Made by a program: the position numbers and the translations under genes. 32,000 nt of DNA from Raphidiopsis brookii D9 (GTDB taxonomy: Bacteria > Cyanobacteriota > Cyanobacteriia > Cyanobacteriales > Nostocaceae), in assembly GCA_000175855.1 (NCBI GenBank), contig ACYB01000019.1:30001-62000 (forward strand), in the 5' to 3' direction. Below are positions 19,611 through 29,485 of this stretch, piece by piece (positions within the stretch are counted from its first letter, which is position 1; each line of letters begins with the position of its first letter). The notes under the pieces were generated by a model. That model was given only the letters and a program-made list of their open reading frames with translations. It did not search any database and had not been told where the DNA came from.

Positions 19611-20444
19611 ATGAACACCCGAAAATCTCCCATCCAAATTTTTGGTGTATACGCCCTATTACTGGCGATCGCTCTTTTGACTCTTTTTCCCTTGCTATGG
19701 CTAATTAGTACTGCTTTAAAATCACCTACAGAAAATCTATTAGAAACTCCGCCAAAACTCTTACCCCTTGAACCCACCCTAGATAATTTCCTCCGGGTTT
19801 GGGAGTCCTTACCGTTTGGACAATATCTATACAATAGTTTTTTAGTAGCCATACTAACAGTAGCTTTGAACCTATTGTTTTGTTCCTTAGCAGCGTACCC
19901 CCTAGCGAGACTGTCATTTCCGGGGAGAAATACCATTTTTATTGCGATTGTTTCCACGATTATGATTCCCTTTCAAATTGTGATGATTCCCCTGTATATC
20001 ATCACAGTTCAATTGGGTTTAACCAACAGTTATTTGGGAATGATTTTTCCCAGTTTAGCCTCTGCTTTCGGTATATTTCTGTTGAGACAAGCTTTTATGG
20101 GAGTGCCAAAAGAAATAGAAGAAGCTGCTCGTATAGATGGTAGTTCCGAATTGGGATTATGGTGGTTCATCATGCTACCAGCTATCAAACCAGCATTAAT
20201 AACCTTGGCAATTTTTGTGTTTATTGGAGCTTGGAGTGACTTTCTATGGCCTTTAATTGTCATCCAGGATGAAAGCCTATATACCCTACCGCTGGGAGTA
20301 GCTAAATTAGCAGGCACATTTTCCTTAGATTGGCGATTGGTAGCTGCTGGGTCTATTATTTCCGTCGCTCCTGTTTTACTGTTATTCTTATTTTTACAGA
20401 AGTTTATTGTGCCTACAGATACAGGCAGTGGCATCAAGGGGTAG
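19611..20444 (+). CDS. Carbohydrate ABC transporter permease (MalG-type)
   Basis: Multiple hydrophobic segments and the EAA motif 'EIEEAARIDGSSELGLWWFIMLPAIKPALITLAIFVFIGAWSDFLWPLIV'. Confidence 0.93.
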   Translation: MNTRKSPIQIFGVYALLLAIALLTLFPLLWLISTALKSPTENLLETPPKLLPLEPTLDNFLRVWESLPFGQYLYNSFLVAILTVALNLLFCSLAAYPLARLSFPGRNTIFIAIVSTIMIPFQIVMIPLYIITVQLGLTNSYLGMIFPSLASAFGIFLLRQAFMGVPKEIEEAARIDGSSELGLWWFIMLPAIKPALITLAIFVFIGAWSDFLWPLIVIQDESLYTLPLGVAKLAGTFSLDWRLVAAGSIISVAPVLLLFLFLQKFIVPTDTGSGIKG

Positions 20445-20522
20445 CAAGTTGCTGTTCAGTTTAACCTTTTATATAGCATCATGACTAAAGCTATAATTAA
20501 AATATACCGAACAGCAAGACAA

Positions 20523-22112
20523 CTAAACAGGTCTATAAACTCGATAATTAATGCTAGGGAAAATATTATCCATTAACTCAACTTTCTCTAGCCAACCGCT
20601 ATCAACCTTGCCAATTTTAACATCTTCGTAAAGTTTGTTAAACCGCATTAAATGAGACCTTGTTCTTCTGACCGCGTATGGAACCATTGTTCCTGTGCGC
20701 ATAATAAATGCCCAGTCAGAAGATTGTGCCAACAACAATTCTCGTGCTGCTTGATTCAATGCTTTCCACTGTAGTTCATCCGCTGGTTCAAAGCGAGAAA
20801 GTTCGATCATTCTTTCAGCAGCTTTATGTAAGTGAGCATAAATCCAGGCGTTGGTATCATTTAACCAGTATTCATGGAAACCCTTATAACCCCAACTAGA
20901 CTGGGAGGGACGACAAACCTGTTGATAGGGATTATCTCGTAAGTAATCTGCCAAATGGGTCATTTGATATGTCCCCTGGTCATACCAGGACTTACGAAAT
21001 AGATAATCAATAAACCAAGGACCTTCATACCACCAATGACCGAACAACTCCGCATCATAGGGGGAAACAATAATTGGGGGTCTACCCATAATACCATGTA
21101 GATGTTCGGTCTGCTTCTCCCGATTATACATGAAGTTAGCAGCATGCTCTGCGGCCTTTTCTTTAGCCCAGTAGGGATCATACAAGGCTTTGTCAGAAAG
21201 ACCTAAGCCACGCCCGGTGATTTTATGATACTTAATCCCTATGTTTTTCCGTTGACCATTGGGCATAATATAGGGTTTGATGTATTCATATTCCGCTTCC
21301 CAACCTAGGTCCTTGTAAAATTCCCGATATTCAGCAGCACCAGGATAACCCACTTCCGAAGACCATACCTGTTGAGAAGACTCATGATCACGACCAAAAG
21401 CTGCTACTCCTGTTTCTGTAAAGATGGGAGCATAAGTTCCAAAGCGAGGACGGGGACGAGCATATAAAATACCATGACCATCGGTCAAAAAATATCTTAG
21501 TCCCGCATCCGCCAGCATTCGCTCTAAACCTTCATAATAGGCACATTCGGGTAACCAAATTCCCTTAGGTGGTTGACCAAAGGTTTCTGTGTAATGCTCA
21601 CAGGCTACCTGAATTTGTGCCCATACTGCTTGGGGATACATTTTCATCAAGGGTAAATACCCATGGGTAGCTCCACAGGTAATTATTTCTAAGTTATTGC
21701 TTTGCTGGTATTCCTGGAAAGCTGTAACTAAATCACCATTGTATTTTTCCCAGACATGACGTGCTTCATTGAATTCAGTAGCATAGTGTTCAGCTAAATA
21801 ACGTAAGTGTCCATGTTGAAGATAGCGTTCCGATTCTAACTCTATTAATTCTTCCAGCTTACTTAGATGTTGTTCATAGCGTTCTTGCAATAAGGGATCA
21901 CGGAGCATGGATACCAATGGTGGTGTCATACTCATGGTGATTTTGAAGTCAATGCCATCTCGCTTCAATCCTTCAAATACTTTGAGCAAAGGAATGTATG
22001 TTTCTGTAATGGCCTCATATAGCCATTCCTCTTCCAGCACATAGTCACTTTCTGGGTGACGAACGAAGGGTAAATGTGCATGGAGTACAAGTGCGACGTA
22101 GCCTATAGCCAT
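20523..22112 (-). CDS. Glycoside hydrolase family 57 protein (1,4-alpha-glucan branching enzyme-like, DUF1957 C-terminal region)
   Basis: 'GYVALVLHAHLPFVRHPE', 'GIWLPECAYYEGLERMLADAGLRYFLTDGHG', 'VSPYDAELFGHWWYEGP', 'SSWGYKGFHEYWLNDTNAWIYAHLHKAAERMIEL'. Confidence 0.93.
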   Translation of the reverse strand: MAIGYVALVLHAHLPFVRHPESDYVLEEEWLYEAITETYIPLLKVFEGLKRDGIDFKITMSMTPPLVSMLRDPLLQERYEQHLSKLEELIELESERYLQHGHLRYLAEHYATEFNEARHVWEKYNGDLVTAFQEYQQSNNLEIITCGATHGYLPLMKMYPQAVWAQIQVACEHYTETFGQPPKGIWLPECAYYEGLERMLADAGLRYFLTDGHGILYARPRPRFGTYAPIFTETGVAAFGRDHESSQQVWSSEVGYPGAAEYREFYKDLGWEAEYEYIKPYIMPNGQRKNIGIKYHKITGRGLGLSDKALYDPYWAKEKAAEHAANFMYNREKQTEHLHGIMGRPPIIVSPYDAELFGHWWYEGPWFIDYLFRKSWYDQGTYQMTHLADYLRDNPYQQVCRPSQSSWGYKGFHEYWLNDTNAWIYAHLHKAAERMIELSRFEPADELQWKALNQAARELLLAQSSDWAFIMRTGTMVPYAVRRTRSHLMRFNKLYEDVKIGKVDSGWLEKVELMDNIFPSINYRVYRPV

Positions 22113-22222
22113 AATGCTTTTGGGGTTAGAAACTGTGGTTAAATTAGAGGTCGGGGGTTTGGGTGGAAGTTAACAATATTTTAAGATAATTATGTTTACT
22201 ATTGTCACATTCACGGAAGTTC

Positions 22223-22963
22223 ATGAATATTAAAATCAAAAAAAGGAAAATGCTTTTCCTGGTTGCCATTGGGCTAGCAGTTGCGATTTTTACCATAGGT
22301 GTAGTTATTGCCCAAACTAGGATGCACACCCAGTCTACAGGTAATACCAGTACTAGTGTTGAGTCTGTAGGGCAAAATACTGCACCAGAAACTCCCAGCA
22401 CCAACTTAAATTCTCAACCTCAGTCCACAGATACTAAAACCGTGCCAGAAACTCCCAAAACCAAGCTTAACTCCCAAGCGCAGTTAAGTATCAATGGTAT
22501 TGGACCAGTAAAGGTAGGAATGAATATTCCTGAAGCTGCTGCTGCTGCTCAGGGGAATCGCCTATATGTTTCTTATGCTGGTAATGATAGTTGTTATTAC
22601 CTTGAAGCAGAGGGGCGACTCAAGGGTGTATCCTTTATGGTCACTAAAGATGAGGAAAAAGCCCGTCAGCAAAACATCACTAGTGATGCCATTGCTAGGA
22701 TAGATATAAACGTTCCAGAAATCACTACGGTTTCAGGTGCGAAAATTGGGGACACAGAAGAAAAAATCAAATCCCTTTACCCTCCTGAACAAATTGAAGT
22801 TAAAACCCACGAATATAATCCCAAGGGACATTACTTGATTTTTGTTCCTAAAGAACAGACGGACAATAAGTATCGCGTAGTTTTTGAAACCGATGGTAAG
22901 GAGGTTACTAGCTTTAGGGCGGGTAAGCTGCCAGAGGTAGGATATGTGGAGGGATGTAGTTAA
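22223..22963 (+). CDS. Uncharacterised membrane-anchored or exported protein with a Ser/Thr/Pro-rich linker
   Basis: 'KKRKMLFLVAIGLAVAIFTIGVVIAQ' looks like an N-terminal TM or signal anchor, followed by a low-complexity linker and a globular region starting 'INGIGPVKVGMNIPEAAAA'. ATG at 22223 preferred over the TTG at 22202. Confidence 0.75.
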   Translation: MNIKIKKRKMLFLVAIGLAVAIFTIGVVIAQTRMHTQSTGNTSTSVESVGQNTAPETPSTNLNSQPQSTDTKTVPETPKTKLNSQAQLSINGIGPVKVGMNIPEAAAAAQGNRLYVSYAGNDSCYYLEAEGRLKGVSFMVTKDEEKARQQNITSDAIARIDINVPEITTVSGAKIGDTEEKIKSLYPPEQIEVKTHEYNPKGHYLIFVPKEQTDNKYRVVFETDGKEVTSFRAGKLPEVGYVEGCS

Positions 22964-23047
22964 AGATTTTGAAGAACTAGGACTTGATGTTATCACAATA
23001 AGTCCTATTTAAAACTATATACCGTATGTCAATGAATTACTGATGTT

Positions 23048-24379
23048 TTATGTACGGATTATTTTTGCCCCAACTTGCTGTAATTTAGTATCTAATCTAT
23101 CATAGCCACGATCTAAATGTTTTAGTCCTTGAATAATCGTTTCTCCTTGTGCTGCAAGACCGGCTAATACTAGTGCTGCGGACGCTCTGAGGTCTGTACC
23201 GATAACTGGTGCCCCTGATAATATTGGTACACCCCGAACAAAGGCCGTATTACTCTTAACGCGAATTTCTGCTCCCAACCGGTTTAACTCAGAAGCATGA
23301 CTCAAACGGTTTTCAAAAACCGATTCGTTAATAATACTATCACCATCAGCTATGCTTAATAGTGCCATGAACTGCGCTTGCATATCCGTAGGGAAACCTG
23401 GATGGGGCAAAGTATCAATGTTAGTGGCTTTGAGTTTTTGTGCAGGTTTTACTCGCAAGGAGTCTGCACCTTCCTGGAGGATAGACACACCAATATCTTT
23501 TAACTTAGCAATTACAGGGATTAAATGCTCTGATATAACTGGAGATAGCAGCAATTCAGAGTGAGTAATCCCAGCAGCAATTAAAAATGTACCTGCTTCA
23601 ATACGATCAGGAATAATACTATATTCGGTAGAGTGCAGTTTATCAACACCGACGATAGTAATTGTACCTGTGCCCGCACCTTGAATTTTTGCCCCCATAG
23701 AATTACAGAAGTTAGCCAAATCTACTACTTCTGGCTCTCGGGCAGCATTTTCAATGATGGTTTCTCCATCAGCCAGAGTGGCAGCCATCATCAAGGTTTC
23801 TGTAGCACCAACACTAGGAGTATCTAAATAAATTCGCGCACCTTGTAATCTACCGTTGTTACCAGTAACCTGGGCATGACAAATCCCATGTTCAATCTCC
23901 ATATCTGCTCCCATGGCTTGTAGCCCGCGAACATGCAAATCAACAGGTCTGGCACCAATAGCGCAACCTCCCGGTAAAGGCATTTGTGCTACACCTAATC
24001 GAGCTAAAATTGGACCAATGGCAAAAAAACTTGCCCGCAACTGGGTTACCAGTTCATAGGGGGCTTTAGATGTGGTAATGTCTCTAGCATTAATATCCAG
24101 TGTATCCTTGTGCCTTACCAAAGATAAACCTAAAGCAGTTAAAACTTGACCCATCCTTTCTACGTCCGCTAACAAAGGGACATTACTAATCCGACAATCT
24201 CCAGAGCAAAGCAAAGCTCCAGCCATGATTACCAGGGCTGAATTTTTGGCCCCGCTAATTCTTACATTCCCTTCCAGGGAATATCCACCACAAATTTTTA
24301 AGACTGAGGAGTCTAATTGGGTATCTGACAGGGTGCTAGGAGAATTAATAAGCCTACCTCCTTTAAGATTTACAGTCAT
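23048..24379 (-). CDS. murA: UDP-N-acetylglucosamine 1-carboxyvinyltransferase
   Basis: '[23 protein letters not shown]', '[23 protein letters not shown]', '[38 protein letters not shown]', '[21 protein letters not shown]'. Confidence 0.98.
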   Translation of the reverse strand: MTVNLKGGRLINSPSTLSDTQLDSSVLKICGGYSLEGNVRISGAKNSALVIMAGALLCSGDCRISNVPLLADVERMGQVLTALGLSLVRHKDTLDINARDITTSKAPYELVTQLRASFFAIGPILARLGVAQMPLPGGCAIGARPVDLHVRGLQAMGADMEIEHGICHAQVTGNNGRLQGARIYLDTPSVGATETLMMAATLADGETIIENAAREPEVVDLANFCNSMGAKIQGAGTGTITIVGVDKLHSTEYSIIPDRIEAGTFLIAAGITHSELLLSPVISEHLIPVIAKLKDIGVSILQEGADSLRVKPAQKLKATNIDTLPHPGFPTDMQAQFMALLSIADGDSIINESVFENRLSHASELNRLGAEIRVKSNTAFVRGVPILSGAPVIGTDLRASAALVLAGLAAQGETIIQGLKHLDRGYDRLDTKLQQVGAKIIRT

Positions 24380-24482
24380 AGGTGTTCGCGTTCAGTTTTA
24401 GATTCTACAGCAAAGTTTACTAGTTCTCTTGACAATCCCCAAGATTTACGTCATCATATTAGTTCAGTAATAAATGTAATGT

Positions 24483-24564
24483 GCGGAACTGGCGGAATTG
24501 GCAGACGCGCTAGATTCAGGTTCTAGTGCCGCAAGGCTTCCGGGTTCAAGTCCCGGGTTCCGCA
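24483..24564 (+). tRNA. tRNA-Leu (anticodon CAG)
   Basis: GCGGAACTGGCGGAATTGGCAGACGCGCTAGATTCAGGTTCTAGTGCCGCAAGGCTTCCGGGTTCAAGTCCCGGGTTCCGCA. 7-bp acceptor stem, long class II variable arm, anticodon stem CTAGA/TCTAG with loop TTCAGGT. Confidence 0.97.
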
Positions 24565-24594
24565 TTTGGGCAGTTATTAGTCCTTGGGAGTGTT

Positions 24595-25386
24595 GTGCTG
24601 ACCAGTTTACAAAATCCTCTAGTTAAGCAGATCCGTAAGTTACACTCCGCTAAGGAGAGACATAAACAACAGTTGTTTGTGTTGGAGGGAACCCATTTAA
24701 TTGCAGAGGCTTGTAGTGTAAATTACCCATTGGAAACGGTTTGTTGCACTATAGATTGGCAAAATTCCCATTCGGAATTGTGGCAAAATGTTTGTAATGC
24801 TTGTCATCGTGTGGAAATAGTCAGCCAAGAGGTTTTAGCAGCTATGGCCACCACGGTCCAACCGGATGGTGTGGTGGCCATGGTCAAACGTTGTGAAGAA
24901 AACCCTATTCCCATAACGGGGTTGGCCCTGGCCCTGGAAACTATTCAGGATCCAGGTAATTTGGGAACTATCATCCGTACTGCTGCTGCTGTGGATGCTT
25001 CCGGTTTATGGTTAAGTAATGATAGTGTGGATTTAGACCACCCCAAGGTCTTGCGGGCTTCTGCTGGACAGTGGTTTCGCTTAAAAAAGCAGGTGAGCCA
25101 CAACCTAAAGGACACTGTACAAGATTGTCAACGGGGGGGTATGCAAGTGGTTGCTACCCTACCAACAGCTGAGTTAACCTATTGGCAAGTGGACTGGTCT
25201 TTACCAAGTCTTATTTTACTGGGCAATGAAGGTGCTGGTTTATCAGATGACTTGGCCACAATGGCAAATATACAAGTTAAAATACCTCTTAGCCCTCAAG
25301 TTGAATCCTTAAATGTGGCTATATCTGCCGCTTTAATATTATATGAGGCGCAGCGACAAAAAGCTTGTGGAAAAAATACAAACTAG
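24595..25386 (+). CDS. TrmH/SpoU family RNA 2'-O-methyltransferase
   Basis: 'TSLQNPLVKQIRKLHSAKERHKQQLFVLEGTHLIAEA', 'ALALETIQDPGNLGTIIRTAAAVDASGLWLSNDSVDLDHPKVLRASAG', 'LPSLILLGNEGAGLSDDL ... IKVKIPLSPQVESLNVAISAALILYE'. Start moved from 24526, which lies inside the tRNA, to the GTG at 24595. Confidence 0.92.
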   Translation: MLTSLQNPLVKQIRKLHSAKERHKQQLFVLEGTHLIAEACSVNYPLETVCCTIDWQNSHSELWQNVCNACHRVEIVSQEVLAAMATTVQPDGVVAMVKRCEENPIPITGLALALETIQDPGNLGTIIRTAAAVDASGLWLSNDSVDLDHPKVLRASAGQWFRLKKQVSHNLKDTVQDCQRGGMQVVATLPTAELTYWQVDWSLPSLILLGNEGAGLSDDLATMANIQVKIPLSPQVESLNVAISAALILYEAQRQKACGKNTN

Positions 25387-25404
25387 TATTTGACAGGAAA
25401 GAGA

Positions 25405-25971
25405 ATGAGTCAGTTTTTGATTAATACTTTTACTAGTCTGAGTATGTTGGCAGCGTTTACCGTGATATCGGGTTGTAACATGTCCTTATTTGAGAATACA
25501 GATATTAAGGATGTTGTAGAGAAAGTAAGTGATGGGGACACACTGATATTAAGAGAAGGTGGTGGAGAAAAACACAAAGTACGACTGGGTTGTATAGATG
25601 CACCAGAGATACCCCATTCCTCTACGCAAAAGAGGAGTAAGAAAAGGCGGGATATGAATCAGTTTAATTGGGGGGTAAAGGCAAAAAATCGTCTGGCACA
25701 ATTGATTAAAAATTCAGGGGGTAGGGTGAAAATAAATGTTGTTGACCAAGACGAATATGGTAGAAAAGTTATAGAATTGCGGTTGAGAGATGATACTTTA
25801 GTACAAGAAGTTTTATTGACAGAAGGCTTGGCAAAAGTCTATCCGGAATACATGAAGCTATGTAGTAGTAAAGATATTATGCTACGGGCGCAAACCCAGG
25901 CCCAAAGACAAAAAATAGGAATCTGGGGTGATGATGAATTTATTAATCCCTGGGAATATCGCAAACTATAG
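25405..25971 (+). CDS. Staphylococcal-nuclease-like (thermonuclease) family putative lipoprotein
   Basis: Signal peptide ending in a lipobox-like 'ISGCN'. 'VSDGDTLIL', 'VRLGCIDAPE', 'VDQDEYGRKVIELRLRDDTLVQEVLLTEGLAKVYPEY', 'AQRQKIGIW'. ATG at 25405 has an AGGAAAGAG just upstream. Confidence 0.88.
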   Translation: MSQFLINTFTSLSMLAAFTVISGCNMSLFENTDIKDVVEKVSDGDTLILREGGGEKHKVRLGCIDAPEIPHSSTQKRSKKRRDMNQFNWGVKAKNRLAQLIKNSGGRVKINVVDQDEYGRKVIELRLRDDTLVQEVLLTEGLAKVYPEYMKLCSSKDIMLRAQTQAQRQKIGIWGDDEFINPWEYRKL

Positions 25972-26039
25972 GGATAAGTGGATGGCAACCCGGGTTTTTA
26001 AAAACTACAGTAGGATATATAATCTACAATTAATTTACG

Positions 26040-26879
26040 ATGAATAACAAATTACCCAAGTACGAATCCTTAGTGAAAACATCCGGTAGCTTGTCGGACC
26101 AACCGTTGATTGAACTCAGAGGTGTTTCTAAATCATTTGGAAGAACTAGGGTTTTAGACAGTGTAGATTTACAAATTTACAGAGGAGAAGCGCTGGGAAT
26201 TATTGGACCATCAGGAACGGGAAAATCAACCATCCTAAGAATTATAGCAGGCCTACTAGAACCCGATGCAGGAGAAATTTATATTCAAGGAAAAAAACGC
26301 AATGGTTTAATTGAGGATAATAAAGACCCCATTGGCATTGGCATGGTATTTCAACAGGCGGCCTTGTTTGATTCCTTAAATGTAGATGAAAATGTGGGAT
26401 TCCTATTATATCAAAAATCAAAACTAGCCCCCAATCGAATTCGCAACCTAGTCAACGAAAAATTAGAAATGGTGGGGTTATCAGCTGAAATTGCTAATCT
26501 TTACCCTTCGGAACTTTCCGGTGGGATGCGAAAAAGGGTAAGTTTTGCCCGTGCTATCATGTCCAATCCTGACTACCCTCGTGATACTCCGGAAGTTCTA
26601 CTATACGATGAACCCACTGCTGGGCTTGATCCAATCGCCTCTACCGTTATAGAGGATCTGATCCGTAACTTGCAACATACTCAGGGCGTTTGCAGTACTT
26701 ACTGCATTGTTACCCACCAAGATAGCACAATCAGACGCACAGCGGATAAGTTAATATTTCTTTACCAAGGCAAGGTACAATGGCAAGGTAAAATAAGTGA
26801 AATAGATTACACTGATAATCAGTTAATCAGACAATTTATGAGTGGTAGTATCCAGGGACCAATTCAGGTGATTGGCTAA
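26040..26879 (+). CDS. MlaF-like ABC transporter ATP-binding protein (MCE-associated)
   Basis: 'GPSGTGKSTILRIIAGL', 'LSGGMRKRVSFARAI', 'LLYDEPTAGLDPIAS'. Immediately followed by an MCE-domain gene. Confidence 0.94.
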   Translation: MNNKLPKYESLVKTSGSLSDQPLIELRGVSKSFGRTRVLDSVDLQIYRGEALGIIGPSGTGKSTILRIIAGLLEPDAGEIYIQGKKRNGLIEDNKDPIGIGMVFQQAALFDSLNVDENVGFLLYQKSKLAPNRIRNLVNEKLEMVGLSAEIANLYPSELSGGMRKRVSFARAIMSNPDYPRDTPEVLLYDEPTAGLDPIASTVIEDLIRNLQHTQGVCSTYCIVTHQDSTIRRTADKLIFLYQGKVQWQGKISEIDYTDNQLIRQFMSGSIQGPIQVIG

Positions 26880-26903
26880 TAACCAGTATGAGAGGGGGAT
26901 TGA

Positions 26904-28322
26904 ATGAGTGGATTCAAAACTACAAGGACTTTTAGAGAAGGTGCAGTAGGATTAATTTTCCTAATTGGTTTGGGAGCATTTGGTGTGATTTTTTTATGGT
27001 TAAATCGAGTCACCCCAGGTCGTAGTTCCTATCAGGTAATAGTGGAATTTGCTGATGCTGGAGGTATGCAAAAAGGCGATCCGGTCCGCTATCGGGGGGT
27101 GAAAGTGGGTAGTATTGCCAGGATGACTACTAAACCAAATGCGGTGGAAGTCGAGCTGGAAATCAATGACCCCAATTTACTCATTCCTGCAGATTCAAGA
27201 ATAGAAGCTAATCAAAGTGGTTTAATCAGTGAAAGTATTGTTGATATCACTCCCATAGGCGATGTTACCTTAGATCCTAACACTGCTAAACCCCTGGATA
27301 AGGATTGTAATCCCGGTTTGATCATCTGTCATCAGTCCGGTAAGTTAAGGGGTCAAATTGGCACTAGTGTTGACAGACTGATTAGACAGTCGTCGGATTT
27401 TGCTGATAAATACGGAAATAAGGAATTTTACGATAATGTTAATCGGTTGTTAATTACTTCAACAGATGCAGCAGCTAGTATAGCTAAGCTAAGTCGAGAA
27501 TTACAAGTTGCTAGCAGAAGTTTTCAGGGAGAAGTGGGAAAATTTTCTGATACTGCTGTGACTATTCAACGTGCAACTAATGAACTTACTGCTACTACTA
27601 AACAAACAGCAGCACAGATTAATACAACCGCTGGTGATTTTAGTACAACGGCAAAGCAAGCAGGTAAACTAATTAACAATCTCGATGATTTATTGACCAC
27701 AAATCGTTCAGCATTAGTCAGTACTTTGAATAATATTAATGAAACAAGTAATCAATTGAGGCAAACAGTTAATGCGCTCTCACCAGCTGTAACCAGATTA
27801 ACCCAAGGAGATATACTCAAGAACCTGGAGATTCTGTCAGCTAATGCAGCAGAGGCTTCGATTAGTTTAAAAGATGCTAGTAAGACATTGGCAGATCCTA
27901 AAAACATAGTTTTATTGCAGCAAACACTGGATGCAGCAAGAGTCACCTTTGAAAATACTCAAAAAATCACATCTGATTTAGATGAGTTAACGGGAGATCC
28001 TAAATTCCGGCAAAATTTGTTGCAACTGGTCAATGGCTTGAATAAGTTGCTATCTTCCACAGGGGATATGCAGGAACAAACAAAAGTGGCCTTGACTTTG
28101 GACTCGATTAAACTATCAATCAATCAGGGTTCTAGTCAGTCTAAGTCAGAAACGACTTCCGATTTAGGAGTTAGCAATCATGGAGTAAAAGCAGAAAAGT
28201 TGGAAAAACAAGAAAATCGAGTGGTTCCTTCCGTTATTGTAACTCCTAATCCGGTGATAGAAATTACCCCTGTACCCGAGTTATTGCCAGAGCCAGTTTT
28301 GCCATCCTCCCAGGAACCCTAG
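26904..28322 (+). CDS. MlaD family (MCE domain) protein
   Basis: 'TFREGAVGLIFLIGLGAFGVIFLWL', MCE core 'YQVIVEFADAGGMQKGDPVRYRGVKVGSIARM', then a long helical region. Confidence 0.92.
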   Translation: MSGFKTTRTFREGAVGLIFLIGLGAFGVIFLWLNRVTPGRSSYQVIVEFADAGGMQKGDPVRYRGVKVGSIARMTTKPNAVEVELEINDPNLLIPADSRIEANQSGLISESIVDITPIGDVTLDPNTAKPLDKDCNPGLIICHQSGKLRGQIGTSVDRLIRQSSDFADKYGNKEFYDNVNRLLITSTDAAASIAKLSRELQVASRSFQGEVGKFSDTAVTIQRATNELTATTKQTAAQINTTAGDFSTTAKQAGKLINNLDDLLTTNRSALVSTLNNINETSNQLRQTVNALSPAVTRLTQGDILKNLEILSANAAEASISLKDASKTLADPKNIVLLQQTLDAARVTFENTQKITSDLDELTGDPKFRQNLLQLVNGLNKLLSSTGDMQEQTKVALTLDSIKLSINQGSSQSKSETTSDLGVSNHGVKAEKLEKQENRVVPSVIVTPNPVIEITPVPELLPEPVLPSSQEP

Positions 28323-28324
28323 AC

Positions 28325-28621
28325 CTAGTTCCAATCTTCTTCCTCTCTTTTAGCATGACTTTTGTAAATCCCGCCCAGATGGTGAATGGCTCGTGTTTTG
28401 ACAAAGAGTTCTTCCGTAGTTAAACCCCAGAGTTGTAAAATGCGGTCTAAATCATTCTGTAGGTCTCGAGCTCCTGGAAAACCCTGATATCTGATTTTTA
28501 GTCGAGCCAGTTCCGCTAAATTGTAATCTGTTTTCTCCTCAGATAGTAGACTATTAATAGTCAGGCGATCGCGGTGATAGCGGGGGTGATTTTGTTCTTT
28601 GGAGGGAGAAGTGTCTGTCAT
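28325..28621 (-). CDS. DUF3288-like conserved cyanobacterial protein
   Basis: 'NHPRYHRDRLTINSLLSEEKTDYNLAELARLKIRYQGFPGARDLQNDLDRILQLWGL'. Confidence 0.78.
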   Translation of the reverse strand: MTDTSPSKEQNHPRYHRDRLTINSLLSEEKTDYNLAELARLKIRYQGFPGARDLQNDLDRILQLWGLTTEELFVKTRAIHHLGGIYKSHAKREEEDWN

Positions 28622-29162
28622 AAATATTACTTAAATATTACAGGTTTAAGTGGGAGAGGTGAATAATTGAGGATTGTTATATTATGTTATACCATTATAA
28701 CAAATACAAAGCATACCATACCAGACCTATAATATGGGGATAGGAGTTAATGACGGCTACCACATCCAGGTTAATACGGCTCTCACCACTGCCAAATATG
28801 CTCAAATAAGGATATTCTGGATGTAATTCCAGTGTCTTTAAGACTATTGCCCAATTTCGGATCAAAGTGGTACTATTAAACCAACAACCCAAGAATAACC
28901 ATCTGCGGTGAGGATTCATCTTAAGTATGGAGAAATGCCAGCAGAAGCTTGGTTTATGTTAGTTCAGTACATCAGTACGAAGGATATGCTTGATAACTTT
29001 ATTCCTTCAACCTCTAGGGATAGGCAATATCAGGTTAACTCTAGGAACCGAAATTGGTCTACGAGGAGTTTACCCACTTATGCTAATTGGCACAGGTTGA
29101 ATAAAATCGATTAGTGTATTTGTTAGCAGTAGTTAGCAAAAATATCGGAGAAAGAACCCGCT

Positions 29163-29471
29163 ATGTTTGAACACTTTACATCCGAAGCCATTAGGGTAAT
29201 TATGTTAGCGCAGGAGGAGGCACGCCGCCTGGGTCATAACTTTGTCGGCACAGAACAGATTCTCCTGGGCTTAATAGGGGAAGGAACAGGTGTTGCGGCG
29301 AAGGTTCTGACAGATTTGGGTGTGACCCTCAAGGATGCGCGTCGGGAAGTTGAAAAATTATTGGTAGGGGTTCTGGTTTCGTCCCACCCGAAATCCCTTT
29401 CACCCCGAAAGTCAAGAGTCTATTTGAGCAGTCTTTTAGAGAAGCTCACGGTCTTGGTCACAACTACATAA
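29163..29471 (+). CDS. clpC: ClpC ATPase, N-terminal fragment (5' side of frameshift)
   Basis: '[67 protein letters not shown]' is the Clp N-domain repeat. Similarity ends abruptly at ~29363. Confidence 0.95.
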   Translation: MFEHFTSEAIRVIMLAQEEARRLGHNFVGTEQILLGLIGEGTGVAAKVLTDLGVTLKDARREVEKLLVGVLVSSHPKSLSPRKSRVYLSSLLEKLTVLVTTT

Positions 29472-29485
29472 ACACAGAACACTTA

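Noticed and set aside
19568-20437. Antisense ORFs 19568-19957 (129 aa) and 20030-20437 (135 aa) opposite the ABC permease
   Set aside because: No recognisable motifs. They lie opposite a confidently coding MalG-type gene and look like shadow ORFs.
24526-24594. Provided ORF start for the TrmH-family protein, overlapping the end of tRNA-Leu
   Set aside because: The first ~23 codons (MPQGFRVQVPGSAFG...) translate the tRNA 3' half and spacer. The family N-terminus 'TSLQNPLVKQIRKLHS' matches a GTG start at 24595.
28908-29114. Possible rimI (acetyltransferase) remnant upstream of clpC
   Set aside because: I considered it because of the location, but hand translation of the frames showed no acetyl-CoA-binding or other GNAT-like motif.
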